A stretch of 64,000 nt of DNA. Origin: an uncultured Verrucomicrobiae bacterium (lineage in GTDB: Bacteria > Verrucomicrobiota > Verrucomicrobiia > Chthoniobacterales > JAFAMB01). The position numbers and the translations under genes are program-made. The notes beneath the pieces are model-generated. The model ran no database searches. It was given only the letters and a program-made list of their open reading frames with translations, and was not told the origin of the DNA. Below, one piece after another: positions 1 through 9,405 of this stretch (positions within the stretch are counted from its first letter, which is position 1; each line of letters opens with the position of its first letter). The stretch spans positions 4,413 through 68,412 of the forward strand of contig CAWEXO010000003.1 in NCBI GenBank assembly GCA_963813025.1, given 5' to 3'.

Positions 1-1903
1 CACCAGTTCTAGGCCCGGAGGCGGCGACATCCGACTGGCGAGAGACACATTTGAGCCCGAAACCATCGACGCGAGACTTTGGGAGGATCCTTTGGGCGTG
101 ACCGCCGCGGACCGCGACGGCAACCGAAATGGCAGCGAAGCACACGCTATCCACCGGTTTCAAAGAGTTCTCATAGATAAATGCTTCGCAGCAATACCAA
201 TCTATTCGTCCAAAAAGCATTTGTCCTTCGCGGAACAAGAGAAACAGGTACAGATGCTTTCGGGGCAGATAAAGATTTTGGCGGTGATGCTACCAGGAGG
301 TCCGTATGTTGAGGACGTCGAACGGCGCCTCCGCGGCCGCCGAGCGGTGATTGAGGGGTTAGCTGCGGCAGACTACGAACCCGAGAAGGACCACGAGATT
401 GGGTATTTCTGTGTGCCATGGCAAAAACTCAATCCCACTGTCGGCGGCTGCATTTCGACGTTGGAGACGGATCGAGACAAAGATGAAACTGGTTGGTTTT
501 CAAATGACGTCGGGATTCATCCAATGAGAAACTACAACAGGTCAGAGGGACAGGAGTCGGACCAGCACCTCCTGGTTGTTCCTTGCGAGTGGTACGAGCA
601 AGCGCGTTTTGGCTCCCAGGAAGGCCCTTGCCATGTGCTGGTACTCTGGCTTAACGATGCTGCATTTCGGGATGCTCCTCTCGCGCGGCTGGCAGACCTC
701 ATCTCATGGTTTCGTTTCAAACTCGTTAATTATCTTCGATTCGCCTATTTTCCGCCTTTCCCAGTATTCGCTCCCGTCTTCACAGTACTTGGCCCGGATA
801 ATTCCGGAACGCTGCGCGAAATGGTCATGGAGGCTAACGAAGACCGGTGGGCCAATGAGACGCGGCGGTGCCTGGCGACAACCCATATCTATTCATACCA
901 AGCCTCAGCGGCTGATTCTCGTTTATTATATGGATTACCCGGGTCAGGTAAGTCTCCCATCTGCAAAAATCTAATCGAAGAAAAAGTCAACGCGGGCAGC
1001 GGCTTCTGCTTTGAGCGTATGAACCTTTTGGATGATCAAGTAGTAGAGACTCTGTGGCACGAATTAGGACGCCGCGGCCTTAAAAAGGATGATCACGTCG
1101 CCATCATTTCAGAGGAGGACACGTACTATGCGCGAGCTCTGTGCTCAAGCTTTATGGACCCAGTCGTCAGTAAACTACCTCCTAAAAATATTCAACGGTA
1201 CACCTATCTCCGAGGAATCGACGGGAAGCTTCCGTCGAAGAAGAATGATGGGAAAGAAGCGAACGACGTGCCTGAGGGTGCTGCCGACAAAAATACTCGA
1301 TTCTCTTTGCGCCCGAGGGAGCGAACGGAAGGCCTTAGTCAATCAGATGATATTCGCCGCCTGGCAGAGAAGCTACAGAAATCGGATATACACTTCAAAG
1401 CGGTCGGCCTACTCGGCAGTGATGTGTACGATAAGCTAGAGCTTCTTAAAGCACTGCGTCCGATGCTTCCTGAGGCAGTGTTTTTTACCAACAATCTCGA
1501 CGCTCGCCTGGCACATCCTGACGAGTGGAGCGAGACGCACAACCTGGTAGTTGTTTCGGCACGAGGTCTCTCCTTGGATAACGATCAGGATGTCCCCTCA
1601 ACGGAAAGCGATCAGAAGTTCCCTCCATTTCGGGATAGTGCGCAGACGGCTCTTTTTGAGGCAACGTTGGAGGCAATGGGAGGACATCCTGCGATACCCA
1701 AGTCTCCCCTCATCTTTGAAATCGGGCGCAATGGCGCTGAACAGTTGGGCCTCCCAGAGGATAGGATTAAGCTATTTGCTTCATTCCAAAACTATCTCCT
1801 GCATTTCGGCTGCTTCATCGCATTCGGCTGTCTGCTTCTGGCTTGGGTATGGCTGGTTTCACGAGTCAGTTTAGTACCTTCGAATGAGGAAACCCGAGCA
1901 TAA
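1..1903 (+). CDS. Large hypothetical membrane protein, N-terminal part (5' end outside the window); soluble alpha/beta ectodomain plus one C-terminal TM
   Basis: Frame is open from base 2 (TSSRPGG...DARLWEDP), upstream of the ORF-track start at 92. Contains RGIDGKLP, AVGLLGSDVYDKL, FFTNNLDARL, PPFRDS; hydrophobic segment YLLHFGCFIAFGCLLLAWVWLV near the end. Confidence 0.8.
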   Translation, partial: TSSRPGGGDIRLARDTFEPETIDARLWEDPLGVTAADRDGNRNGSEAHAIHRFQRVLIDKCFAAIPIYSSKKHLSFAEQEKQVQMLSGQIKILAVMLPGGPYVEDVERRLRGRRAVIEGLAAADYEPEKDHEIGYFCVPWQKLNPTVGGCISTLETDRDKDETGWFSNDVGIHPMRNYNRSEGQESDQHLLVVPCEWYEQARFGSQEGPCHVLVLWLNDAAFRDAPLARLADLISWFRFKLVNYLRFAYFPPFPVFAPVFTVLGPDNSGTLREMVMEANEDRWANETRRCLATTHIYSYQASAADSRLLYGLPGSGKSPICKNLIEEKVNAGSGFCFERMNLLDDQVVETLWHELGRRGLKKDDHVAIISEEDTYYARALCSSFMDPVVSKLPPKNIQRYTYLRGIDGKLPSKKNDGKEANDVPEGAADKNTRFSLRPRERTEGLSQSDDIRRLAEKLQKSDIHFKAVGLLGSDVYDKLELLKALRPMLPEAVFFTNNLDARLAHPDEWSETHNLVVVSARGLSLDNDQDVPSTESDQKFPPFRDSAQTALFEATLEAMGGHPAIPKSPLIFEIGRNGAEQLGLPEDRIKLFASFQNYLLHFGCFIAFGCLLLAWVWLVSRVSLVPSNEETRA

Positions 1904-1931
1904 GACATAAAGAACGAACAACGGATGAGAA

Positions 1932-3176
1932 ATGAAGATAGGGACGTTAATGCAAGCATTGCGAAAGCATCGTGACGTAGTCGCCGCATCGAGTTGGCTT
2001 GCAGTACCGGTCTGCGCGATTCTGGCAGGTGTAACGGTTTGTGGGATCTACATCTTTCAGAATCACTCGGGGAGGGGACAAGCGTTTGCTTGGTTCAATG
2101 GAACCAGCTCTTGGCCTTCTATTGGGATTTTTCTCTTTTCCGCGCTCTTGTCGGTGCACTTTGTGTTCAAAATGCATTTCCAACTAAAGGAAAACGCCGC
2201 CAAATTGGCAGAGGAGTTCGGATTAAAACCAGAGATCCCGAAGGAAAGTTGTTGGTTAACTTTGAAGAGGATAGCCCTCGGTTGGGATCCGCCCAAACTT
2301 GTAGAAACCCATGCCTCCGCTGTTCTTCCCGGATGGGAAGAAGAAAAAGAGAAGAAGATCGATATCGAAGCTTTGTGGGGTCGCTATGTTTCCCGCGGCC
2401 GATTTTGGGCACGGCTGTCACGCGCAGCGCCGATGACTGTTCTTTATATGTGCGCTCTAGGCTTCCTACTACCTCTCAATGGCCATTTCCCAGACCCGCC
2501 CATGCGGGGCAATTTCAATTTTCCGTTGTTAATGTTTTTTACGATTGTCCCCTTCCTCTTCCTTACCTTTTTCGTGATCGATGCCGTTCGGCTGCACGAA
2601 GGCTTCCTCAAACAGCTCGCGTGGAAGAAGACCTATTGGCCGAACACTACCTTCGAGAAATACAAATATACCGTCAGACCCAAGGGTCCAAAAAACGAGA
2701 AACACCAAAAGAACGAGAAGCGCCCAAAAAATGAGAACAGCCTTGCGGACTATTGGGACATCCTTCTGATTGCAAGGCGCACTGAAGCAGTCGGGAATCT
2801 CATCTACTATCCTTTCGTCATTCTTTCGCTCTTGATTGCAGCCAGGTTGAAATACTTTGGTAACTGGACATGGCCGCCGGTCCTCCTCGTTGCGCTCTCC
2901 CTGCACGTCTCTCTCGCACTCTACGCAGCTTGGTGGCTTCCGAAAGTGGCAAGGGAATACCGAGACAAGGCCTTAACGCGGCTAAAGCGACGCAGGCGCC
3001 AAGATCTCATGCTTGCGCGACGGTCGCCCGAGGTAAGCGATACCATGATCGAGGAAGTTCAATCGACCCATCAGGGGGCATTCTCTTACTTATGGGAACA
3101 GCCAGCAGTACGAGCAATCTTGTTGCCGTCCGGCGGGTTAGGTATTGCCACACTGCTTCAATACCTGCCCCACTAG
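1932..3176 (+). CDS. Polytopic membrane protein (~7 TM), probable C-terminal partner of the upstream ORF
   Basis: 414-aa ORF 28 bp downstream in a different frame; about 7 hydrophobic helices; LIYYPFVILSLLIAAR..FGNWTWP segment. Confidence 0.8.
   Translation: MKIGTLMQALRKHRDVVAASSWLAVPVCAILAGVTVCGIYIFQNHSGRGQAFAWFNGTSSWPSIGIFLFSALLSVHFVFKMHFQLKENAAKLAEEFGLKPEIPKESCWLTLKRIALGWDPPKLVETHASAVLPGWEEEKEKKIDIEALWGRYVSRGRFWARLSRAAPMTVLYMCALGFLLPLNGHFPDPPMRGNFNFPLLMFFTIVPFLFLTFFVIDAVRLHEGFLKQLAWKKTYWPNTTFEKYKYTVRPKGPKNEKHQKNEKRPKNENSLADYWDILLIARRTEAVGNLIYYPFVILSLLIAARLKYFGNWTWPPVLLVALSLHVSLALYAAWWLPKVAREYRDKALTRLKRRRRQDLMLARRSPEVSDTMIEEVQSTHQGAFSYLWEQPAVRAILLPSGGLGIATLLQYLPH
2688..2741 (+). repeat. 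In-frame 18-bp imperfect tandem repeat x3 (PKNEKH/QKNEKR/PKNENS)
   Basis: ccaaaaaacgagaaacac / caaaagaacgagaagcgc / ccaaaaaatgagaacagc. Confidence 0.75.
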
Positions 3177-3186
3177 GGAGGCCGCA

Positions 3187-3500
3187 ATGAAAGCGGTGGC
3201 GTTCGCCAACAACGATATTGCGGTCGTGGCATGGACGTTTGGCGGCAAGCTGCCGAACTGCCGCGGCTTCGCGGTGTACCGCATAGATGTGCGTGCGGGA
3301 ACCGAGACCTGCCTGCCAGCCATGGCGACGTTCTCTGGTCAGCAAGCGACGCCTGGGCGCACCACGACCCGGTTCACCGAGTATTAATTGATGCGGTGGC
3401 GGATGCGTTGAAGGCGAGGCCGACGCTGTTCGTGCGCGGCGGCGCCCTGACCGCTTCGCCGGCGGCAAGCGGATTCTACACCTCCGTCAGGCGACCATCG
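3187..3500 (+). pseudogene. Remnant of a phospholipase D-like gene (N-terminus plus a probable internal piece)
   Basis: GGGAG RBS then MKAVAFANNDIAVVAWTFGGKLPNCRGFAVYRID..., resembling PLD-domain protein N-termini; followed in another frame by IDAVADALKARPTLFVRG. No HKD motif remains. Confidence 0.5.
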
Positions 3501-3508
3501 GTTGAGGG

Positions 3509-5311
3509 TTAAGTTCCGGGTGCTGATTGTGGCTTTTTTTCAAGTGCGTTCCCCCAAACTGCGATCGGCTGACCCAAGAGCTTTCTCGGGCCAACAATTT
3601 GCGGCTGTTGGCCAATGCCAAGATCTCGTAGACGAATTTGGATCGCATCCATTAATTGCTCGAACGTCAGGTTCAGCTCGTCGCTCCCGCCTTGTCCGAT
3701 CGCACTAATGAGCGCGTAGGTAAATGCGCCATGGATCGTTGCGCCATCCGGATATTCAAATGACGGTTGATTATCGCCGCAGGCCTCCAGCACGACCGGA
3801 AGAAACGGTCCATCATGCTTTTGCCGTTTGCGAACCGCGTCGTAATCGGACTGCTGCAATGTTCGCAGTGGAACGGCACGTCCCAGTTTATAGGTACAAT
3901 GGTTTTGTCCAGTGTAAGCGTTCTGTTCTCCATCCAGGCCAGGAAGCACACTCTTGAATTTGCGACTGACCCAGCGTTGCTCCGGAATGTCCCATTGCAG
4001 AAAAGCGTGCCGGATCGATTCGGGAATCGGCAGGCAACGAACGCCGCTCTGTTGGGATTTGACCATTCCTCCAGAGAAGCACGAGTCGAAAATCGAGAGA
4101 AACCGCGACGCTTTTGGCAATTGGCTATACAAATCCAGGAAGTCCCGGTCGGTAATTGCGTTAAGCTTCTGCCAAGCAAAATCCACCGGCACGATTCCGT
4201 CCTCGAGGTGATCAATCACGCCATTTGTTCCCCGCCCAGGTAGCTGGATTCCATGCCCGCTATAATAAAAGATTCGATTCGCCTGATCGTTGCAGTCCGC
4301 GAGCAGCCAGTGCAAACGGTCAAGAATATTTTCTCTCGTGGCGCGTTCATTGAGAAGGACGCTAATGTCCTCGGGCGAGAAACCCTTTCCCTGAAGCGTG
4401 GCGCTCACGGCATAGACATCGTTGACACAGCCTCTGAGCTTGTTTGCCGGATCAGGATATTCATTGATCCCGACCAGTAACGCTCGGCGATGGGGAGGCT
4501 CTGTCGCCTTGTTGACAATGGCAAAGCCGCGCGAAACCAGAGTATCCTCAACCCCTCTCGAAATTGGCTCCCAAACCTGAATGAGCGTGTTCGGGTGATC
4601 GAGATAGCCGGGATTTGCGCGGATGGCGATGGGGCTGTGGCCGGCCGGAGAATCTGTTTCTACCTGGCTAAAACGCGCTTGGCCGGGCTCCGAGATAGGC
4701 GCGGTGAATGCTGGATCCAGCTTGTTGAACAAGTGATACCATTTCCTGGCCGAAACCATTGGCACCAAGCCAGCCCACATTCTGGCCCGGATAAACAGAT
4801 TGGCAATCTGCGATCCACAGGTGATGTAAATCTTGCCGTCGAGCAGGTTTCGGCCGACGTCATCGTGGGTGAATAAATCGAAAGAAAGCAGTGTGCCGAG
4901 GCTATGCGCGAGAATAATGTCCGGCTGAAACTGCTGCATCGTCGTGGTGAGATCATCCCTGAGTTTTTGCCGCAGCTGTCCGTTGACGACCCATTGTGCA
5001 ACCATTCCGGCGTACCAACGACCAACGTACTTGAAAGCATCGAGAGGTTCGAATGCTCTTGGTTGCAGAGGGTCAGTGGCGGCATGCCAGGCGGCACTTC
5101 CGAGAAGCTCGGTGACCGCTTCAGCATCTTCAGCCGCGTTGCTCGGGAATTGTTCAAAAATTTGGTCATAGGAGAGCGTAGCAAATTGCAGGTTGCCTTG
5201 ATTCGCTCCGCCAAAGGCGTGAACGATTGCGTCTCTCCATGGCTGATTCCAGTCACGGTTTGCTTCGGCATGTCCGATCCCGTGAATGCAGAGGATTTTG
5301 TAAGAAGGCAT
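3509..5311 (-). CDS. Alpha/beta-hydrolase - metacaspase (peptidase C14) fusion
   Basis: N-terminal IHGIG, AHSLG nucleophile elbow, NKLDP and GHS; C-terminal RALLVGINEY, LRGCVNDV, YYSGHG (His), FDSCFSG (Cys), GAFTYAL, QQPQ. Confidence 0.9.
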   Translation of the reverse strand: MPSYKILCIHGIGHAEANRDWNQPWRDAIVHAFGGANQGNLQFATLSYDQIFEQFPSNAAEDAEAVTELLGSAAWHAATDPLQPRAFEPLDAFKYVGRWYAGMVAQWVVNGQLRQKLRDDLTTTMQQFQPDIILAHSLGTLLSFDLFTHDDVGRNLLDGKIYITCGSQIANLFIRARMWAGLVPMVSARKWYHLFNKLDPAFTAPISEPGQARFSQVETDSPAGHSPIAIRANPGYLDHPNTLIQVWEPISRGVEDTLVSRGFAIVNKATEPPHRRALLVGINEYPDPANKLRGCVNDVYAVSATLQGKGFSPEDISVLLNERATRENILDRLHWLLADCNDQANRIFYYSGHGIQLPGRGTNGVIDHLEDGIVPVDFAWQKLNAITDRDFLDLYSQLPKASRFLSIFDSCFSGGMVKSQQSGVRCLPIPESIRHAFLQWDIPEQRWVSRKFKSVLPGLDGEQNAYTGQNHCTYKLGRAVPLRTLQQSDYDAVRKRQKHDGPFLPVVLEACGDNQPSFEYPDGATIHGAFTYALISAIGQGGSDELNLTFEQLMDAIQIRLRDLGIGQQPQIVGPRKLLGQPIAVWGNALEKKPQSAPGT

Positions 5312-5435
5312 ATCGGCTCAGTGATTAATTAACGTTCATCACTTGTTTGCCGGGGTCTGTCTGTACTCCGTTGGGGTGAGTTTTGGATTGGGGATAGACT
5401 TCCATCTGATCAACCGTGAACCGATAGGCCCTTCC

Positions 5436-5460
5436 TCGCCGTCGCTAAAGCTACGGCGGA
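5436..5460. repeat. REP-like palindrome
   Basis: tcgccgtcgctaaagctacggcgga: CGCCGT/ACGGCG stem around GC-TAAA-GC. Confidence 0.45.
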
Positions 5461-6050
5461 CACGTCAGATTTATTCTCGCTCTACCGGACGGATGAGAAA
5501 ATCTTGTCTAAAACAGACTTCATTCCTGCGGTGTCAGCCCTCCCAGGATTGCATCCAGTCCGGCTGGTTGGTCGCAACTGTACTACGAATGACTATTATG
5601 ATTTGTGCTACGGGAGGGAATCCCACCTTGGACCAGAGAATTGCAATCCGTCTAACTAAGTCGGATGGGTAATTGCCGGCTCTGCTAGTCCGGCGTTAGT
5701 TGCAGTCGTAAAATTTATGAAAACGTGGTCTGTCAATTCTTCATTACCTCTCTGCAAGGCGCTCTGCCAAGGGGACGTTCCTTCATTTTCTGAAGCCATC
5801 CAGCCAACCGCATTAGTTTCCGCGGTGAAAGAAACCAGCGGCGAAGCTGGTTTGCGACGGTTCCCGAGCAGGATCGGATATTTCCTGGCTCGGTTGGTCG
5901 ATGATTCTGCTTTTCGGGAAATCTCCTCCGGGCATAAAGTCAGGGTCGCGCATACGGCGAACGGTCTGCTGGTTTATTGATCGTTGATTGATTCCAAGAA
6001 ACCTCCTTCAGCCGGGGGGAGGGCGTCTCGAGATAAAGCCCCTTAGACGG

Positions 6051-6563
6051 TTATTCGCCACCTGAATGCGCTAACATCTGCTTATCAATCGCTTCAGCAA
6101 GATCCTTAACCTCAGCATGCTTGGGCCCAACACTTTCAACCTTGATGAAAAGGTTGCCTCGCACAAACCTCACTGCAGTCTGCGTAGTCCCGTAACCAGC
6201 AAATGCAATGTGCCCAACATAAATGTTCTTTTCCTCTGCTCGCGGCAGAGACGGAGCCATGGATTTCGATAGTTCCTCCGCAAGTTCCTCATGGGCTTGT
6301 TCAACCGTTTGGTTCTGCAAAACCGTCACGGCAAAACGGATCCCTTCATCGGAAGTACTCTTGTAATATTCGATATAACCACGAAATCCCGGTCGGTCCT
6401 CAGGCAGTTCTACTCGCCTTTCGAGCTGGAAATTAGTCTCCGCACTGGGAAGAGGGCCGAAAGCGAACGCTCTCTCTACGAGATGGGGGGCGGTCGTTTT
6501 GCCCCAGTCGTCAAAGCCGTACTCCTTTTTGATCGCGTCGTGTATTGCTTCAAATTCGCTCAT
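6051..6563 (-). CDS. Hypothetical 170-aa protein, translationally coupled to the upstream gene
   Basis: ATG (MSEFEAIHDAIKKEYGF) overlaps the upstream TAA by 1 bp (TAATG at 6565-6561); C-terminal FVRGNLFIKV..DLAEAID. Confidence 0.75.
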   Translation of the reverse strand: MSEFEAIHDAIKKEYGFDDWGKTTAPHLVERAFAFGPLPSAETNFQLERRVELPEDRPGFRGYIEYYKSTSDEGIRFAVTVLQNQTVEQAHEELAEELSKSMAPSLPRAEEKNIYVGHIAFAGYGTTQTAVRFVRGNLFIKVESVGPKHAEVKDLAEAIDKQMLAHSGGE

Positions 6564-7795
6564 TAAATCAGTCCTCTCCGACCACCCCGCGCGTTTGGCC
6601 AAGGTCCGATCGGCACGCAACGCCCAATTCCGGTCTCAGAATTTTGCGCCAATCTTTCCCGATAACCTGCCATATCTACCGGCGTTGGAATAGGCAAATT
6701 CGGAACCTCACCATGATTGGTGAAGATCTCATTGGCTGGCAACATGGGGGTGTGAGTCAAAACCGGATCCGTCCAGTCCCAGGGATTACTGCTGTGATCC
6801 GCCAGGAGACAAGCATCGAAGATTTGGTCCCCGTGCTTGAATGCACCTGTCCAAGCCACCTCGTGATAGGCAAACCGGTTCGCTGGCGGGAAAGGATAAT
6901 TCCATAACGCGCCTTTACCGATCGCAATGATCTTGTTACAGAGGAATCCTCCGGGACTGGCCATCACCGCTGCAGCCAACTGACAGCCGAGGAGATTCGC
7001 AAATGATGAAACGATCGTCGCGCAGTCGGTGCAGTTCACAACGTCTCCTTTGCCTTCCGGCTGCCGGTTGATAAATGCCAGAAAGGCCGTGCATAAAAAC
7101 CAGGAAATGTTGCCCACCGCCTGGGCGTACTTGCTCGCTCCATGAGAAACGTCATAGGTGAGCCCTAAGTTGCTATTGACGGCCTGCGTAACGGCTGTAG
7201 CGGCATCCAGCGGATTCAGTTTTCCTCCAGCCCATACGCAGGCTTGGTCCAGAGCGTCAACCCAAGGCAACTGGGTCACGGAAGCGGGCACGGTCGGAGG
7301 TTGTAGCCAGGGCAAGCAGGGACTGTCCAATACGACGTAGACCCGATGCGAGGAACTGCCCATTGAGACCCACGTCTCGTCGCTCGATTTATAAAACCAA
7401 TCCCATTGAATGTCCTGCTTTAGAATTCCCCACGGCCCGATTTGATGATGTGCCAGGCTTAGCGTGACGAATTCAGGAACCGAAGTTCCACCGCTGATGT
7501 TGATCGTCGTTGGATCGATTGCGCCTAACACCCCGCCCCCCTCAGCGCGCACATCGATCGTGGCCGGCGCTCCCGGATCGGCAGCGAAGCTGGCTTGAAT
7601 GGTGATGATTTTGCCTGTTACGGCGGCTATCGAGTACGCGACCGGCGAGCTTTTGGGGAGCGTCTTGCCCTTGACCCATTCAGGAACAGCAACACCGGTA
7701 GCGAAATTCTGGCGAATGGACAACGCATTCACCAGCCCGGTGCTCTGACCGCAATTAAATTTGATCCCGGTAAGTTCCATTCCCTCATGCCGCAC
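6563..7795 (-). CDS. Putative transglutaminase/papain-fold Cys-His-Asp enzyme with beta-rich N-terminus
   Basis: 410-aa ORF (alternative start MELTGIKFN at 7780); VNCTDCATIVSSFANLLG, YHEVAW and IFDACL in the usual catalytic order. Confidence 0.65.
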   Translation of the reverse strand: MRHEGMELTGIKFNCGQSTGLVNALSIRQNFATGVAVPEWVKGKTLPKSSPVAYSIAAVTGKIITIQASFAADPGAPATIDVRAEGGGVLGAIDPTTINISGGTSVPEFVTLSLAHHQIGPWGILKQDIQWDWFYKSSDETWVSMGSSSHRVYVVLDSPCLPWLQPPTVPASVTQLPWVDALDQACVWAGGKLNPLDAATAVTQAVNSNLGLTYDVSHGASKYAQAVGNISWFLCTAFLAFINRQPEGKGDVVNCTDCATIVSSFANLLGCQLAAAVMASPGGFLCNKIIAIGKGALWNYPFPPANRFAYHEVAWTGAFKHGDQIFDACLLADHSSNPWDWTDPVLTHTPMLPANEIFTNHGEVPNLPIPTPVDMAGYRERLAQNSETGIGRCVPIGPWPNARGGRRGLI

Positions 7796-7988
7796 GGAGG
7801 GTTGCCTTCGTCCGCCTACAAGCGATGGCGAAGGTCACGCGTCGATCCGAACTGCAAAAATTTGTGGACCTGAAGAGTGTTGCAACCAGGTCTTGGGTAT
7901 CTCAAAAAAGTGCTGGCCCCGCAAGCAGCGATCTCACGTTTGCCTTTGTTTTTTTCAAAAAAATCTGTCTCTGGACCCAAACGGCCCG

Positions 7989-8186
7989 TCAAGCTAGCTC
8001 TGGTTGGACAGGCCCTTGGAATTGATGCATAAGCAATCCCAATCCACTCAACACCGCACATGCCGCGAACAGGGACGGATATCCGAAGCTCTGCGCCCAT
8101 CCGCCGGCAGCAAGGCCCGCAAATAGAAATCCCGCATTGGTGCTGTTTGAAAACAAGGTCGCTGCCCAACCAACTCGATCTGGCAT
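7989..8186 (-). pseudogene. C-terminal fragment of an MFS sugar efflux (SET-type) transporter
   Basis: MPDRVGWAATLFSNSTNAGFLFAGLAAGGWAQSFGY resembles the last two TMs of SetA/SetB; upstream part absent. Confidence 0.55.
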
Positions 8187-8281
8187 GAGCGCCTGAATGT
8201 GAACTCTAATATTGAACGCTCGAATAGCGGGATCGAAATTGATTAGCTCGGATCATAAGTTCATCTGAGACTTCCATTTTC

Positions 8282-9268
8282 ATGGACGCACGCACGACCC
8301 ACATGCAGCGGCCGGTCCGGGATTACGCTACGCAGGAATTTGTGCAACTGCGCGAAACCATGCGAGTGGATGAGGCCCTGGAACTGATCCGTCGCCGCCG
8401 ATCGACAACCCAAACGCTCATCTACTTTTATGTGGTCGATGCTGCTTCCCGCCTCACGGGTGTACTGCAAACACGTGCACTGGTCGCTGCACAGCCCGAT
8501 GAACGGCTCTCCGACATCATGATCCAGCGCGTTGTTGCTATTCCAGAAACCGCCACAGTCCTCGACGCATGCGAGTTTTTCGTGCTGCACAAGTTCCTTG
8601 CATTCCCAATCATTGATCGCGAGCGACACATTGCAGGCGTGGTGGACATCAGTTTGTTCAATGAGGAGGTCTTTGGCATTCCGAAAACGGAGAGCGGCGA
8701 CGAGCTGTTCCAGGCAATCGGGTTCCACATTTCACAGGCGCGCCTCGCTTCGCCGCTGCAAATCTTCCGTTTCCGTTTTCCCTGGTTACTTGTCACAATC
8801 ATTGCCGGCACAATCTGCGCCTTTCTTGCCCGGGCTCACGAAAAGACACTGCAGCAAACATTAGTGGTTGCATTTTTTCTCACACTGGTGCTTGCGCTCG
8901 GGGAAAGCGTTGCCGTCCAATCGCTGGCCCTTGTCTTGGAAGCCTTTCGGTTAAGAAAAGTTACTCTGGGCTGGTTCCTCACCACTTGCCGACGTGAGGC
9001 GCTCACCGCGCTACCGTTAGCTGTGGCCGCCGGATTGGTCGTGTTTATGGTTGTCTTGATGTTGGACCACGCACTCTGGCCGGCGCTGATCATCGGCGGG
9101 AGTGTTGCGTTCACCGTCGGCGCTGCCTGCCTGCTCGGCATCAGCATTCCTACCTTGTTGCACGTCGCGAAACTAGATCTCACCATTGCGGCTGGCCCGA
9201 TCACGCTGGCGATCACTGATATCATAACCCTGCTTCTTTACCTCAGCGTGACGAGCGCGCTTCTATAG
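8282..9268 (+). CDS. mgtE: MgtE-family magnesium transporter (CBS pair + membrane domain, no N domain)
   Basis: YFYVVD and FLAFPIID CBS pair, RFPWLL, AAGPITLAITD. Confidence 0.85.
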   Translation: MDARTTHMQRPVRDYATQEFVQLRETMRVDEALELIRRRRSTTQTLIYFYVVDAASRLTGVLQTRALVAAQPDERLSDIMIQRVVAIPETATVLDACEFFVLHKFLAFPIIDRERHIAGVVDISLFNEEVFGIPKTESGDELFQAIGFHISQARLASPLQIFRFRFPWLLVTIIAGTICAFLARAHEKTLQQTLVVAFFLTLVLALGESVAVQSLALVLEAFRLRKVTLGWFLTTCRREALTALPLAVAAGLVVFMVVLMLDHALWPALIIGGSVAFTVGAACLLGISIPTLLHVAKLDLTIAAGPITLAITDIITLLLYLSVTSALL

Positions 9269-9405
9269 TGGACCAATAAATAGCACAAAGGATAATCGCC
9301 AGCAGAATTGATATAAGACGGTCATCCGCTTTACCGGCCGCCAATCCAAACGTTTGGCAAAGTAGCGATAATTACGATTTCGTAAGCAGCGCCGTAAGTT
9401 TCAAG

